Positions 15,101-25,470 of a stretch of DNA of 64,000 bases are shown here, one piece after another. The notes under the pieces are model-generated. The model saw nothing but the letters and a program-made list of their open reading frames with translations. It had not been told where the DNA came from and did not search any database. Origin of the DNA: Eledone cirrhosa (lineage: Eukaryota); NCBI GenBank assembly GCA_964016885.1, contig OZ024754.1, forward strand, positions 16,616,001 to 16,680,000, given 5' to 3'. Position 1 is the stretch's first letter. Every line of letters begins with the position of its first letter. The translations under genes were made by a program, and so were the position numbers.

Positions 15101-16616
15101 GTGGGGGATTGGTAGTATTGGTAGGGCATCAGAAAACATGGTGGGGGATTGGTAGTATTGGTAGGGCATCAGACAAGATGGTGGGGGATTGGTAGTATTG
15201 GTAGGGCATCAGACAAGATGGTGGGGGATTGGTAGTATTGGTAGGGCATCAGACAAGATGGTGAGGGATTGGTAGTATTGGTAGGGCATCAGACAAGATG
15301 GTGGGGTATTGGTAGTATTGGTAGAGCATTAGACAAGATGGTGGGGGATTGGTAGTATTGGTAGGGCATCAGACAAGATGGTGGGGGATTGGTAGTATTG
15401 GTAGAGCATTAGACAAGATGGTGGGGGATTGGTAGTATTGGTAGGGCATCAGACAAGATGGTGGGGGATTGGTAGTATTGGTAGGGCATCAGACAAGATG
15501 GTGAGGGATTGGTAGTATTGGTAGGGCATCAGACAAGATGGTGAGGGATTGGTAGTATTGGTAGGGCATCAGACAAGATGGTGGGGGATTGGTAGTATTG
15601 GTAGGGCATCAGACAAGATGGTGAGGGATTGGTAGTATTGGTAGGGCATCAGACAAGATGGTGGGGTATTGGTAGTATTGGTAGAGCATTAGACAAGATG
15701 GTGGGGGATTGGTAGTATTGGTAGGGCATCAGACAAGATGGTGGGGGATTGGTAGTATTGGTAGGGCATCAGACAAGATGGTGAGGGATTGGTAGTATTG
15801 GTAGGGCATCAGACAAGATGGTGGGGTATTGGTAGTATTGGTAGAGCATTAGACAAGATGGTGGGGGATTGGTAGTATTGGTAGGGCATCAGACAAGATG
15901 GTGGGGGATTGGTAGTATTGGTAGAGCATTAGACAAGATGGTGGGGATTGGTAGTATTGGTAGGGCATCAGACAAGATGGTGGGGGATTGGTAGTATTGG
16001 TAGGGCATCAGACAAGATGTTGGGGGATTGGTAGTATTGGTAGGGCATCAGACAAGATGGTGGGGCATTGGTAGTATTGGTAGGGCATCAGACAACAGGG
16101 TGGGGGATTGGTAGTATTGGTAGGGCATCAGACAAGATGGTGGGGGATTGGTAGTATTGGTAGGGCATCAGACAACATGGTGGGGGATTGGTAGTATTGG
16201 TAGGGCATCAGACAAGATGGTGGGGGATTGGTAGTATTGGTAGGGCATCAGACATGGTGGGGGATTGGTAGTATTGGTAGGGCATCAGAGAACATGGTGG
16301 GGGATTGGTAGTATTGGTAGGGCATCAGACAACATGGTGGGGGATTGGTAGTATTGGTAGGGCATCAGACAACATGGTGGGGGATTGGTAGTATTGGTAG
16401 GGCATCAGAGAACATGGTGGCGGATTGGTAGTAATGGTAGGGCATCAGACAAGATGGTGGGGGATTGGTAGTATTGGTAGGGCATCAGACAGCATGGTGG
16501 GGGATTGGTAGTATTGGTAGGGCATCAGACAACATGGTGGGGGATTGGTAGTATTGGTAGGGCATCAGACAACATGGTGGGGGATTGGTAGTATTGGTAG
16601 GGCATCAGACAACATG
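108..16616 (+). repeat. ~16.5-kb minisatellite, 40-bp unit GGATTGGTAGTATTGGTAGGGCATCAGACAA(G/C)ATGGTGGG with 37- and 31-bp deletion variants (roughly 415-420 units, estimated)
   Basis: Continuous tandem units with no spacers. The unit matches the head of the local tRNA-SINE (compare ~25271 GGATTGGCAGTATCAGTAGAACATCAGACAACATG). Confidence 0.99.
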
Positions 16617-16797
16617 CTTTGCAGTATAGAGTTATGATACTTTACATTCTGAGTTCAATCCTGCTGAGGTTAGCTCTGTCTTTGATCCTTACAGGGTCAA
16701 TGAAATAAAGCACCAGTAATATACTGGGGTCGATTTAATCGACCCCCCCCCCCCCCCTTCAAATTGTTGGGCTTGTGCCAAAAGTAGAAACAATTAT
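16577..16797 (+). mobile_element. tRNA-derived SINE (family A) whose head is the last minisatellite unit
   Basis: The array runs directly into CTTTGCAGTATAGAGTTA...GAGTTCAATCC (B box at ~16651)...GTGCCAAAAGTAGAAACAATT, as in other family A copies. Confidence 0.93.
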
Positions 16798-17531
16798 CAT
16801 TATTTACTTAGAAGCAAGGTTAATTCTAATGGATTCTGATTTTTTTTATCCCTAATCAAAATTGTTTTTTTCTCCTGATTTAGCAAAATAATATGATGCT
16901 AAATGTTTATCTGTTAGGCATTTAGAGTGATGTATAAATAGCATAAACTAAGTATTTATAAGTGATATAGCAGCCACCTAAATAATCTGCCCTGCTATTA
17001 AATGTACTCTGTTAATAAAAATAAATCTTAACATATCATTGATTTACTAGATATTACTTTAGTTTTGTTAACATTATAATACAAATATAACTCATGTTAA
17101 ATGTAATCCAGGAAATGAAGTTTATTGAGGTTAGTTCAGTCTGTTTTCAACAGCCTAAAACCTTAAGATGATAATGACAATGGTGATAACGATGAAGCTG
17201 ACAATGATGATGATGAAGAAGCTGACGATAATGATGATGGTGGTGATGACTATGATGATGACTGTGACATTATAGCTTTTAAACATTTTCCACTGGAGAA
17301 GTTTATCCAAACTAATGAGGGTGTTTTGGTAAGCATAGAGCCATTATTTATTGTGAAGTAGAATCATTCTATCCCATAGACAAGTGTCATCTCCAGTCAA
17401 CAGTTAAAGGAATGGTACCAAATATTTCCAAACATTAATTGCTGGTTCAGAGAATGGGCTAACATTTTCCTTTCATTCATATTTTTGTCCTGTGAATGAT
17501 GGTGATGATGATAATAAAATAATGATAATAA

Positions 17532-17717
17532 TGGTTTCTGATTTAGAAATTTTTTGGGGGAGGGAAAAGTCGATTAAATCGCCCCCTTTGCATAACTAGT
17601 ACTTTATTTTATCAACCCCATAAAGATGAAAGGGAAAGGTAACTTTGGTAGGATTTGAACTCAGAACGCGAAGCATGTTGTCCAACCCTCTACAGATACT
17701 GCCAATCTACCACCCTA
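17532..17717 (-). mobile_element. SINE family A, diverged
   Basis: GTACTTTATTTTATC...GGATTTGAACTCAGA...CTGCCAATCTACC is the reverse complement of the family body and head. Confidence 0.8.
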
Positions 17718-17731
17718 TATAATAATAATAA

Positions 17732-17908
17732 TGTTTCTACTTTTGGCACAAGGCCAGCAGTTACCCCAGTGCATTACTGGTACTTTATTTTATCGACCCC
17801 GTAAGGATGAAAAGCAAAGTTAACCTCGGCGGGATTTGAACTCAGATCTTAAAGGGAGGTAACTACACTGGAAAGCATGTCCGACCTTTCTACCGATACT
17901 GACAATTC
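17732..17908 (-). mobile_element. SINE family A
   Basis: TGTTTCTACTTTTGGCACAAGGCC...GGATTTGAACTCAGA...GATACTGACAATTC. Confidence 0.88.
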
Positions 17909-17922
17909 AAATAATAATAATA

Positions 17923-18090
17923 ATTGTGAGGCAGTTGCAGGAAAAGTACCATTGTGAGGCAGTTGCAGGAAAAGTACCATTGTGAGGCAGTTGCAGGAAA
18001 AGTACCATTGTGAGGCAGTTACAGGAAAAGTACCATTGTGAGGCAGTTGCAGGAAAAGTACCATTGTGAGGCAGTTGCAGGAAAAGTACC
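17923..18090 (+). repeat. 28-bp tandem repeat x6 (ATTGTGAGGCAGTTGCAGGAAAAGTACC) at the 5' truncation point of an RTE LINE
   Basis: Six copies at 17923, 17951, 17979, 18007, 18035 and 18063. The last copy continues as IVRQLQEKYLAK into the RT. Confidence 0.95.
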
Positions 18091-19555
18091 TAGCTAAAAG
18101 TAAGCCACTCTACCTGGCATTCATCGATATCGAGAAAGCCTTTGACAGAGTTCCCCGTGCTATAATCTTGTGGGCTCTTGGAAAATTAGGAGTAGATGAA
18201 TAGCTTGTGGAAGCTGTACAAGCCATGTATAGGGGAGCAGTCAGCAAAGTTAGGATTAGCAATGAGTATAGCGAGGAATTTAGCGTACAGGTCGGTGTCC
18301 ACCAGGGCTCTGTTTTTAGCCCTCTCCTGTTCATCATAGTCCTGCAGGCAATAAGGGAGGAGTTTAAGACCGGATGCCCATGGGAACTCCTGTATGCAGA
18401 TGACCTCGCACTAATAGCTGAATCTATGGTAGAACTAGAGAAGAAATTCCAAACTTGGAAGCAGGGACTAGAAAGAAAGGGTCTCAAAGACTAAGGTCCT
18501 TGTAAGTAGATGAGAAAACAGAACCCAGATCCCCTCAGGGAAATCGCCTTGCTAAGTATGTATGAAAGGTGTAGGTAGGAACTCCAAGGTTTGCCCCAAA
18601 TGCAAACAGCCACAGGAAACAAGTACCACCAAACTCTGGGAGGGCTCTGTAGAAACAGTAGACAGATTCTGCTACCTAGGTGACTGAATTAGCAGCGGAG
18701 GTGGGTGTTCAGAAAGTACAATAACTAGGGTAAGAACGGGATGGAAGAAGTTCAGGGAGCTACTGCCACTGCTAGCTGCAAAAGGCTTTTCCCTCAAAAA
18801 TGAAAGGCAGACTGTATGATGCGTGTATCCGAACAGCAATGTTACATGGTAGTGAGACCTGGGCGCTGAAGGTGGAAGACTTACGTAGATTAGAAAGAAA
18901 CGAAGCCTGCATGCTCCGATGGATGTGTAATAGTAATATACGTGAACGGCAAAGCATAAATGAATTGAGAGAGAGAGGCTGAGCATAAGAGGAATCAAAT
19001 GCTGTGTGCAGGAGAGGCAGTTGCGTTGGTATGGACATGTGATGCATATGAAGGATGACAGCTGCATAAAAAGGTGCAGAGCACTAGAAGTCGATGGAAA
19101 CCGTGGAGTGGGGAGACCCAAGATGACCTGGGATGAGGTGATAAAAGCCGACCTTACCCAATTACACCTCTCAAAGGTGATGACACATGACCGTGACCTC
19201 TGGCGTCACACAGTAATACAGAAGACCCGACTTCCCACGGGTACAAGCCGAAGCTGAAGCATATAGACAATATGACCCCACCCCCTCCCACTGCAAAGTG
19301 GTCGTGGAGATGCCACAGCAAAAAAAGCACCCAGCGCACACTGTAAAGTGGACGTGTAGGCGTCATGGAAAAAAAGCACCCAGCACTCACTGTAAATGAG
19401 GTTGATGTTAGGAAGGGCATTCAGCTGTAGAAATCAAGCCAGAATCAGTTCCCGTATGAGCAAGACAAGGTCAGCCAACCAGACACTGCCCACAACAGGA
19501 CAACCCATCTAACCCACACTAGCGTGAAAGAACGGACATAAAACGGTGATGATGA
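18063..19555 (+). mobile_element. 5'-truncated, disrupted RTE-clade LINE with long 3' UTR
   Basis: RT motifs AFIDIEKAFDRVP, GVHQGS and YADDL, thumb motifs MLHGSETW and RLRWYGHV-like, with stops and frameshifts. Ends GGACATAAAACGGTGATGATG. Confidence 0.92.
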
Positions 19556-20287
19556 ATAATAATAATAAAATTTTGATATTATAATTGTTAATCAAGAACG
19601 GTAAGAGATATTAGAATTAATATGTGAAGAATTGTAGGGAAATACCTGTATGGTTTCATTTAATCAAAAATCATAGGATGATTCTGCTGGTAAAAAGATT
19701 TATGATAAACTTGATTTGATTAATATAATTAATAAAATAAGACATCTAAAATTGAATTACTTCATTTCAAAGAAAAAGAAATGTCTATTTAATCATCTTG
19801 GCAGTACTAAATTTCTCACTATAATTTGCTTTTTAATTTTCCATAAAATTTCTAAATACTATTAAAGAAAAAAAGAATATTTGGGATTAAAGAATTTACG
19901 CTATCAGTTGCATTACAAGGCTTTAAGTATTTTCACATCCTGAATTTTGTGTTACAATTTTTGTTATTATTATCTATAAAGTTGTTGAAGTCTTTTCCTC
20001 TGTACTAAGAAAATCTACTTTCAGCTCTTAATAAATACACATCTATGCTATTGGTGCACACCCACCCACCTCTCTTGCCCCTTCCTCTGTCACTATCATA
20101 AGATTTTTGAATTAGACATCTTAAACAGTAAGCATTTTATAAACATTTTCCTTGCTAAACACGGGTTAGTTTTTGCAAGACCCTTGACAACCCTTTTAGT
20201 TGCTACTTATGACACACAGGGATATGGTGCACATATTCTAAACTGGATACACATATTCACAAGCTGTGAATATTTTGATATTTAGAT

Positions 20288-20502
20288 AATTGTTTCTACT
20301 TTAGGCACAAGGCCAGCAATTACCCAGTGCATTACTGGTACTTTATTTTATCGACCCCGTAAGGATGAAAGGCAAAGTTAACCTCGGCAGGATTTGAACT
20401 CAGATCGTAAAGGGACGTAACTATGCTGGAAAGCATGGCGTCCGACCCTCTATGGAAAGCATGGCGTCCGACCCTCTATGGAAAGCATGGTGTCCGACAC
20501 TC
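20288..20502 (-). mobile_element. SINE family A with a 26-bp head segment triplicated
   Basis: Family body, then GGAAAGCATGGCGTCCGACCCTCTAT at 20428, 20454 and 20480. Confidence 0.88.
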
Positions 20503-20518
20503 TGATATTTAGATAATA

Positions 20519-20698
20519 TACAAGGATTGGCTGAAAAGCTCTTCAGCTGACCAAGATACTCTCATGGAATGATCAAATGAGGTTTATTTTTCAATATAGT
20601 CCCTGGAAAGGAACAATGCAGTTATTATACAAGAGGAGTTGAAATTAATGCATGCAAGATTTCACAGACCTAGCCTCACCCCTTCATAGTCAGCCCTG
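20519..20698. mobile_element. mariner-type MITE remnant (related left end at ~27283-27357)
   Basis: Starts TACAAGGATTGGCTGAAAAG and ends TTCATAGTCAGCCCT, a degenerate TIR pair. Shares GACCAAG...ATGAGGTTTATTTTT with 27283. Confidence 0.6.
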
Positions 20699-20708
20699 AC
20701 CCTCATAT

Positions 20709-20917
20709 GGGCGATGAAATGGCAGAATTGTTGAAGCGTTAGACAAAATGTTCTGTGGTATTTAATTATAATCATTTATGTTCTGAGTTCAAATCTGCCA
20801 CGGTCAACTTTGCCGTTCATCCAATCAAGTGTGATAAAGTAGAGTACCAGTTATGTATTGGGGTTGTTTTAATTGACTTTACTTCAGCACCAAATGTCTG
20901 GCCATTAGAAATCAATA
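20709..20917 (+). mobile_element. older tRNA-SINE related to family A (further partial copy ~20944-21053)
   Basis: A-box TGGCAGAATTG, B-box GAGTTCAAATC, GTCAACTTTGCC...GTACCAG body. Confidence 0.78.
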
Positions 20918-21172
20918 TTTACACAATGGTAATATTCTGAATCAGGTGACGAATTGGCAGACTTGTCAGAATATTGGATAGAATTGAATGCTTTGTTGTT
21001 TTCATTCCGGCTCTCTGCTCTTTGAGTTCAAATCCCGTCAACTTTGCCTTTCATAGACTGGGGGCTGGGGTAGGGGAGGTACGTGGGAATTGGAGAGTTA
21101 GGTCTTGGGTGGAGGTGTAGGGACATGGGTGGGATGGGAGGGACATGTGGAGGATATATATATATAAATATA

Positions 21173-21332
21173 TAGGAACAAGTAAGACCCCGACGGCTGA
21201 GCTCAAGCCGTTTCGACGGCTAATTCTGTACTGAATGAAAATATATTCTGGTATTTAAATAGCCAAACTTATCAAGGGGTAATTCCATATATGGTCAAAG
21301 AGATAATCACCAGGATTGGTCACATCACAAGT
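21173..21332 (-). mobile_element. PLE-type terminal fragment with a degenerate hammerhead (21188-21279)
   Basis: Minus strand: CCCC-UUGAUAA (mutated core)-long helix II-GAA-ACGGCU(UGAGCUC)AGCCGU-C-GGGG. Same family as 43247. Confidence 0.65.
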
Positions 21333-21342
21333 TATATATATA

Positions 21343-21499
21343 TATTCAGAGGAAACCATCAGGAAAGTTTTCCTGATGATTTCCTCCGAATGAAACTGTT
21401 CTAGTCCTGTAGAAGCCATTTCTATATTAAATTTTATATATACTCTACTAATGTATTGAGTACCTTACTTACTCTGGTTACCCCCGATTGAACCCGGGA

Positions 21500-21502
<3 letters not shown>
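21343..21502 (+). mobile_element. PLE-type end: short inverted repeat, degenerate hammerhead (21369-21415) and tail
   Basis: UUUC-CUGAUGA-UUUCCUCCGAAU-GAAAC...CUGU-A-GAAG. The tail contains ACTCTAC...GTATTGAGTAC, as at ~37175 and ~43372. Confidence 0.55.
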
Positions 21503-21531
<29 letters not shown>

Positions 21532-21536
<5 letters not shown>

Positions 21537-21955
21537 GATAACAAGTTATTGTTATAGGTAGTCCACTTAGATGTAGTCCAGTTAGGGTACTCCGAGTAGT
21601 GGATAGTATTAGCTTGGCTAAGTTTGACTCAACAAGGCGTTTCCATAGTGATGCTGCGAGTACGCGGTGATTTCTATGTAGTTTACACTTGGAGTAATGA
21701 TAAATCAAGAAAGAAGAGTGACACGGTTTGCTATACAATCAGGGCTTTAATCACATTGCTGACAATTGTTTCTCTGAACTGGTAGGTCTAGAGATCGCTA
21801 CCCGCCTGTTTCTGCATCAATCGATCACCAATACATAGTTATAACCAGTCAATTCATCAGAGAAACAATTGTCAGGAATGTGAATAAAGCCCTTATTGTA
21901 TAGCAAACCATGTCACTCTTCTTTCAAACCATGTCACTCTTCTTTCTTGATTTAT
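21532..21955 (-). mobile_element. non-coding inverted-repeat element (~75-bp arms plus ~170-bp tail) with GAAACAAUUGUC hammerhead half
   Basis: Arms at ~21701-21777 and ~21857-21954, the right arm with an internal duplication. A rearranged second copy lies at 23605-23763. Confidence 0.7.
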
Positions 21956-21967
21956 ATATATATATTA

Positions 21968-22148
21968 TGAATTGGCAGTATCGGTAGAGGGTTGGACGCC
22001 ATGCTTTCTAGCATAGTTATGTCCCTTTACAGTCTGAGATCAAATCCCGCCGAGGTTAACTTTGCCTTTCATCCTTACAGGGTCGATAAAATAAAGTACC
22101 AGTAATGTACTGGGTAATTGCTGACCTTGTGCCTAAAGTAGAAACAAT
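21968..22148 (+). mobile_element. SINE family A
   Basis: ATTGGCAGTATCGGTAGAGG...AAAGTAGAAACAAT. Confidence 0.9.
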
Positions 22149-22236
22149 CATATATATATATTATATTTATATATATATATTATATATATATATTATATAT
22201 ATATATTATATTTATATATATATATTATATATATAT

Positions 22237-22270
<34 letters not shown>

Positions 22271-22908
22271 ATATATATATATTATATTTATATATATATA
22301 TATATTATATTTATATATATATATTATATATATATATTATATATATATATATTATATTTATATATATATATATTATATATATATATTATATTAATATATA
22401 TATATTCATCATCACCATCATCATCATCATCGTTTAACGTCCATATTCCACGCTTGCATGGGTTTGGATGGGAGTTTTCCCACTTGAGGCAAGAGTGGTT
22501 GTCTTGCTCGCATAGGACTGTGTGGCTGGTTTTCTACGGCTGGATGCCCTTCCTAACACCAACCACATTTACAGTGTGGAACTGGGAGGTTTTTACCGTG
22601 TTACCTATATATATTATATTAATATATATATATTATATTTATATATGTATATTATATTTATATATATATATTATATTAATATATATATATTATATATATA
22701 TATTAATATATATATATTATATATATATATTATATTTATATATATATATATATTATATATATTATATTTATATATATATATATATTATATATATATATTA
22801 TATTTATATATATATATTATATATATATATATAATATTTATATATATATATTATATATATATATAATATTTATATATATATATTATATATATATATTATA
22901 TATATATG
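22149..22908. repeat. (TA)n-rich microsatellite interrupted by a SINE/RTE-tail fragment (~22406-22600, minus strand)
   Basis: Low-complexity TA. The fragment reads CATCATCGTTTAACGTCC...GGATGCCCTTCCTAACACC. Confidence 0.9.
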
Positions 22909-23604
22909 AGAGAGATCCTTAAAATTGTCAGTCTTGTCTTTCATATTCTTCTGTCTACAAGTAACAATCTTGGCTGAATCCTATTTCATTAAACTTTCAT
23001 GTAATTTTCTGGGTTTTTTTTTGTTGTTCCTGCTCCCCGCCCCCTGAAACCCCTACATTTAAAATCTTCTACAAAGTAAAACATGAACGATTAACAAATT
23101 ACTTAAAAACAGAGAAATGTTAGTAATTATAAGTTATTAGAGAAAACTCTGGTTAGTTTGATGTTGATTTGTTCTTTGATTATCACTGAATAGAAGTCAC
23201 GTAGTGTACAAGGGCATCAGTGTATAGTGTTATAGTCCTACTATACAAATCTAATTATACTGCAGAAGATTATAGTTATATAGATATAGATATATAAGGC
23301 AGAATATCCCTTCACTTAGGAATCCTTTTAATAGATTTAGACATCTACATCTATAATTCTTCTTGGGCTTCACTATCTTTATCTGACAAATATGATTATA
23401 TGAAACATGCTGACAATATCAGTTCTTACATTTAATATAAATGTAGAGAGCATTAAATCCAGTATTAGCTCCACAATACAGATTCCAATATATTCTGCAA
23501 GAAACTCTTTACTTTCTCAAAGAAACAAGTTATATCATATCATATATATATATATATGTTTGTGTGTGTGTGTGTGTGTATGTATATATATATATATATA
23601 TATA

Positions 23605-23763
23605 TAAATCAAGAAAGAAGAGTGACATGGTTTGCTATACAATAAGGGCTTTAATAACATTGCTGACAATTGTTTCTCTGAACTGGTAGGTCTAGAGATC
23701 GCTACCCGCCTAACTGGACTACATCTAAGTGGACTACCTATAACAATAATTTGTTATCCCGTA
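23605..23763. mobile_element. short copy of the 21532 family: arm and core joined to the inverted tail end
   Basis: 23605-23710 matches 21701-21806. 23710-23763 is the reverse complement of ~21532-21585. Confidence 0.85.
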
Positions 23764-23836
23764 TATATATATATAACTATATATATATATATATACGATA
23801 TTAATAAATGGAAACTATATTTATAAAACCATATTT

Positions 23837-23899
23837 ATTTCATTATACATATTTCAGGGATACCAAATTAAATTATGGTATGCCTTCATCAGACAAAAT
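23837..23899 (-). ncRNA. type I hammerhead ribozyme (PLE pLTR)
   Basis: Reverse complement of 24130-24192. Confidence 0.8.
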
Positions 23900-24129
23900 A
23901 CAATATATAACAGTTTTACAAATAAGCTTTGACGTACCCTTTTAAAATGCAACCATTATTTTTGGAAGCCATCCGTCTTTTTCTTTCTCTCCGTCTTTTT
24001 CTAATTGTCCTTAACACTATGACTTATTAAAATAATATAAACAACTCACTATCCGGATGGCTTCCAAAAATAATGGTTGCATTTTAAAAGGGTACGTCAA
24101 AGCTTATTTGTAAAACTGTTATATATTGT

Positions 24130-24192
24130 ATTTTGTCTGATGAAGGCATACCATAATTTAATTTGGTATCCCTGAAATATGTATAATGAAAT
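24130..24192 (+). ncRNA. type I hammerhead ribozyme (PLE pLTR)
   Basis: AUUUUGU-CUGAUGA-AGGcAUACC...GGUAUcCCU-GAA-AUAUGUAU-A-AUGAAAU. Confidence 0.8.
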
Positions 24193-24320
24193 AAATATGG
24201 TTTTATAAATATAGTTTCCATTTATTAATATCGTATATCTACTCCAAAAACTTGTCGAGTGCTTTATATCAGTTATAAAATATTTACTTGTTGTATCCCA
24301 ACAATTTTAAATAGAACTTT

Positions 24321-24399
<79 letters not shown>

Positions 24400-24662
24400 T
24401 GTATGTACACATACACACACTCACACACACACACATATATATATATATAGTTAACATAAAATGAGAAACCAAGGTTAATCAAATTTCATCTTTAATCTCT
24501 ACAAATGTAGATAGGGATAATCCCGGTGGTGGCACCTTGCCAAAATAAGAGTGGATGTTTTTCACTCTCATTATACGGGGTCGATAAAATAAAGTACCAG
24601 TAATGTACTGGGTAATTGCTGGCCTTGTGCCAAAAGTAGAAACAATTATATATAAGTATATA

Positions 24663-24852
24663 AGGGCGGTGGATTGGCAGTATCGGTAGAGGGTCTGACG
24701 CCATGCTTTGCAGCAAAGAGTTACGGCCCTCTATGGTCTGAGTTCAAATCCCGCCGAGGTTAACTTTGCCTTTCATCCTTACAGGGTCGATAAAATAAAG
24801 TACCAGTAATACATGGGGTGATTGCTGGCTTGTGCCAAATAGTAGAAACAAT
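24663..24852 (+). mobile_element. SINE family A, near full length (a 3' fragment precedes it at ~24575-24648)
   Basis: GGCGGTGGATTGGCAGTATCGGTAGAG A box, GAGTTCAAATCC B box. Confidence 0.92.
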
Positions 24853-24924
24853 TATATATAAGTATATATATATATATACATATATGCATACACATACACA
24901 CACATGTATATATATATATATATA

Positions 24925-25220
24925 CAGAAGTAATACAGAAGACCCAACCCCCCACAGGAACAAGCCGAAGCTGAAGCATATAGACAATATTCCCACACTG
25001 TAAAGTGGATGTGTAGGCACCATGGAAAAAAGCACCCAGCACTCACTGTAAATGGGGTTGGTGTTAGGAAGGGCATCCAGCTGTAGAAATCAAGCCAAAA
25101 TCAGTTCCTCTATGAGCAATACAAGGTCAGCCGACTGGAAACTGCTCACAACAGGACAACCCGTCTAACCCATGCTAGTAGGGAAGAACGTACGTAAAAC
25201 GATGATGATGATGATGATGT
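24925..25220 (+). mobile_element. 3' end of the RTE subfamily at 18063-19555 (SINE-B-like body)
   Basis: AGTAATACAGAAGACCC...CAAGCCGAAGCTGAAGCATATAGACAAT matches ~19213-19272. (GAT)n tail. Confidence 0.85.
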
Positions 25221-25267
25221 ATGTAATTTGATACAAAAAGTTTTTATTATATTATGAATACCAGCAC

Positions 25268-25470
25268 AGCGGATTGGCAGTATCAGTAGAACATCAGACA
25301 ACATGCTTTGAGGCATAGAGTTACGCCCCTTTAACCTCTCAGTTCAAATTCCGTGAAGGTTAACTTTGCGTTTCATACTTACAGGGTTGATAAAAGAAAG
25401 TACCAGTAATGCACTGGGGTTGATTTAATCAATTTTCCGCTACCCCCAAAATTGTTGGCCTTGTGCCTAA
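25268..25470 (+). mobile_element. SINE family A, subfamily closest to the minisatellite unit
   Basis: Head GGATTGGCAGTATCAGTAGAACATCAGACAACATGCTTTG. Confidence 0.88.

Larger units (their letters stand above)
23794..24324. mobile_element. miniature Penelope-like insertion: 182-bp inverted pLTR arms plus 89-bp tail, no ORF
   Basis: Arms 23794-23975 and 24054-24235. Same termini (TACGAT..., ...TTTTGCA) as the PLE at 47334-50637. Confidence 0.92.

Noticed and set aside
108-16616. CRISPR array or repeated small proteins (MPYQYYQSP... ORFs)
   Set aside because: No unique spacers, eukaryotic context, and a 40-bp period that is not a multiple of 3. The ORFs arise only where a variant removes a stop.
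17165-17270. Acidic Asp-rich coding stretch
   Set aside because: Degenerate (GAT)n microsatellite without exon context.
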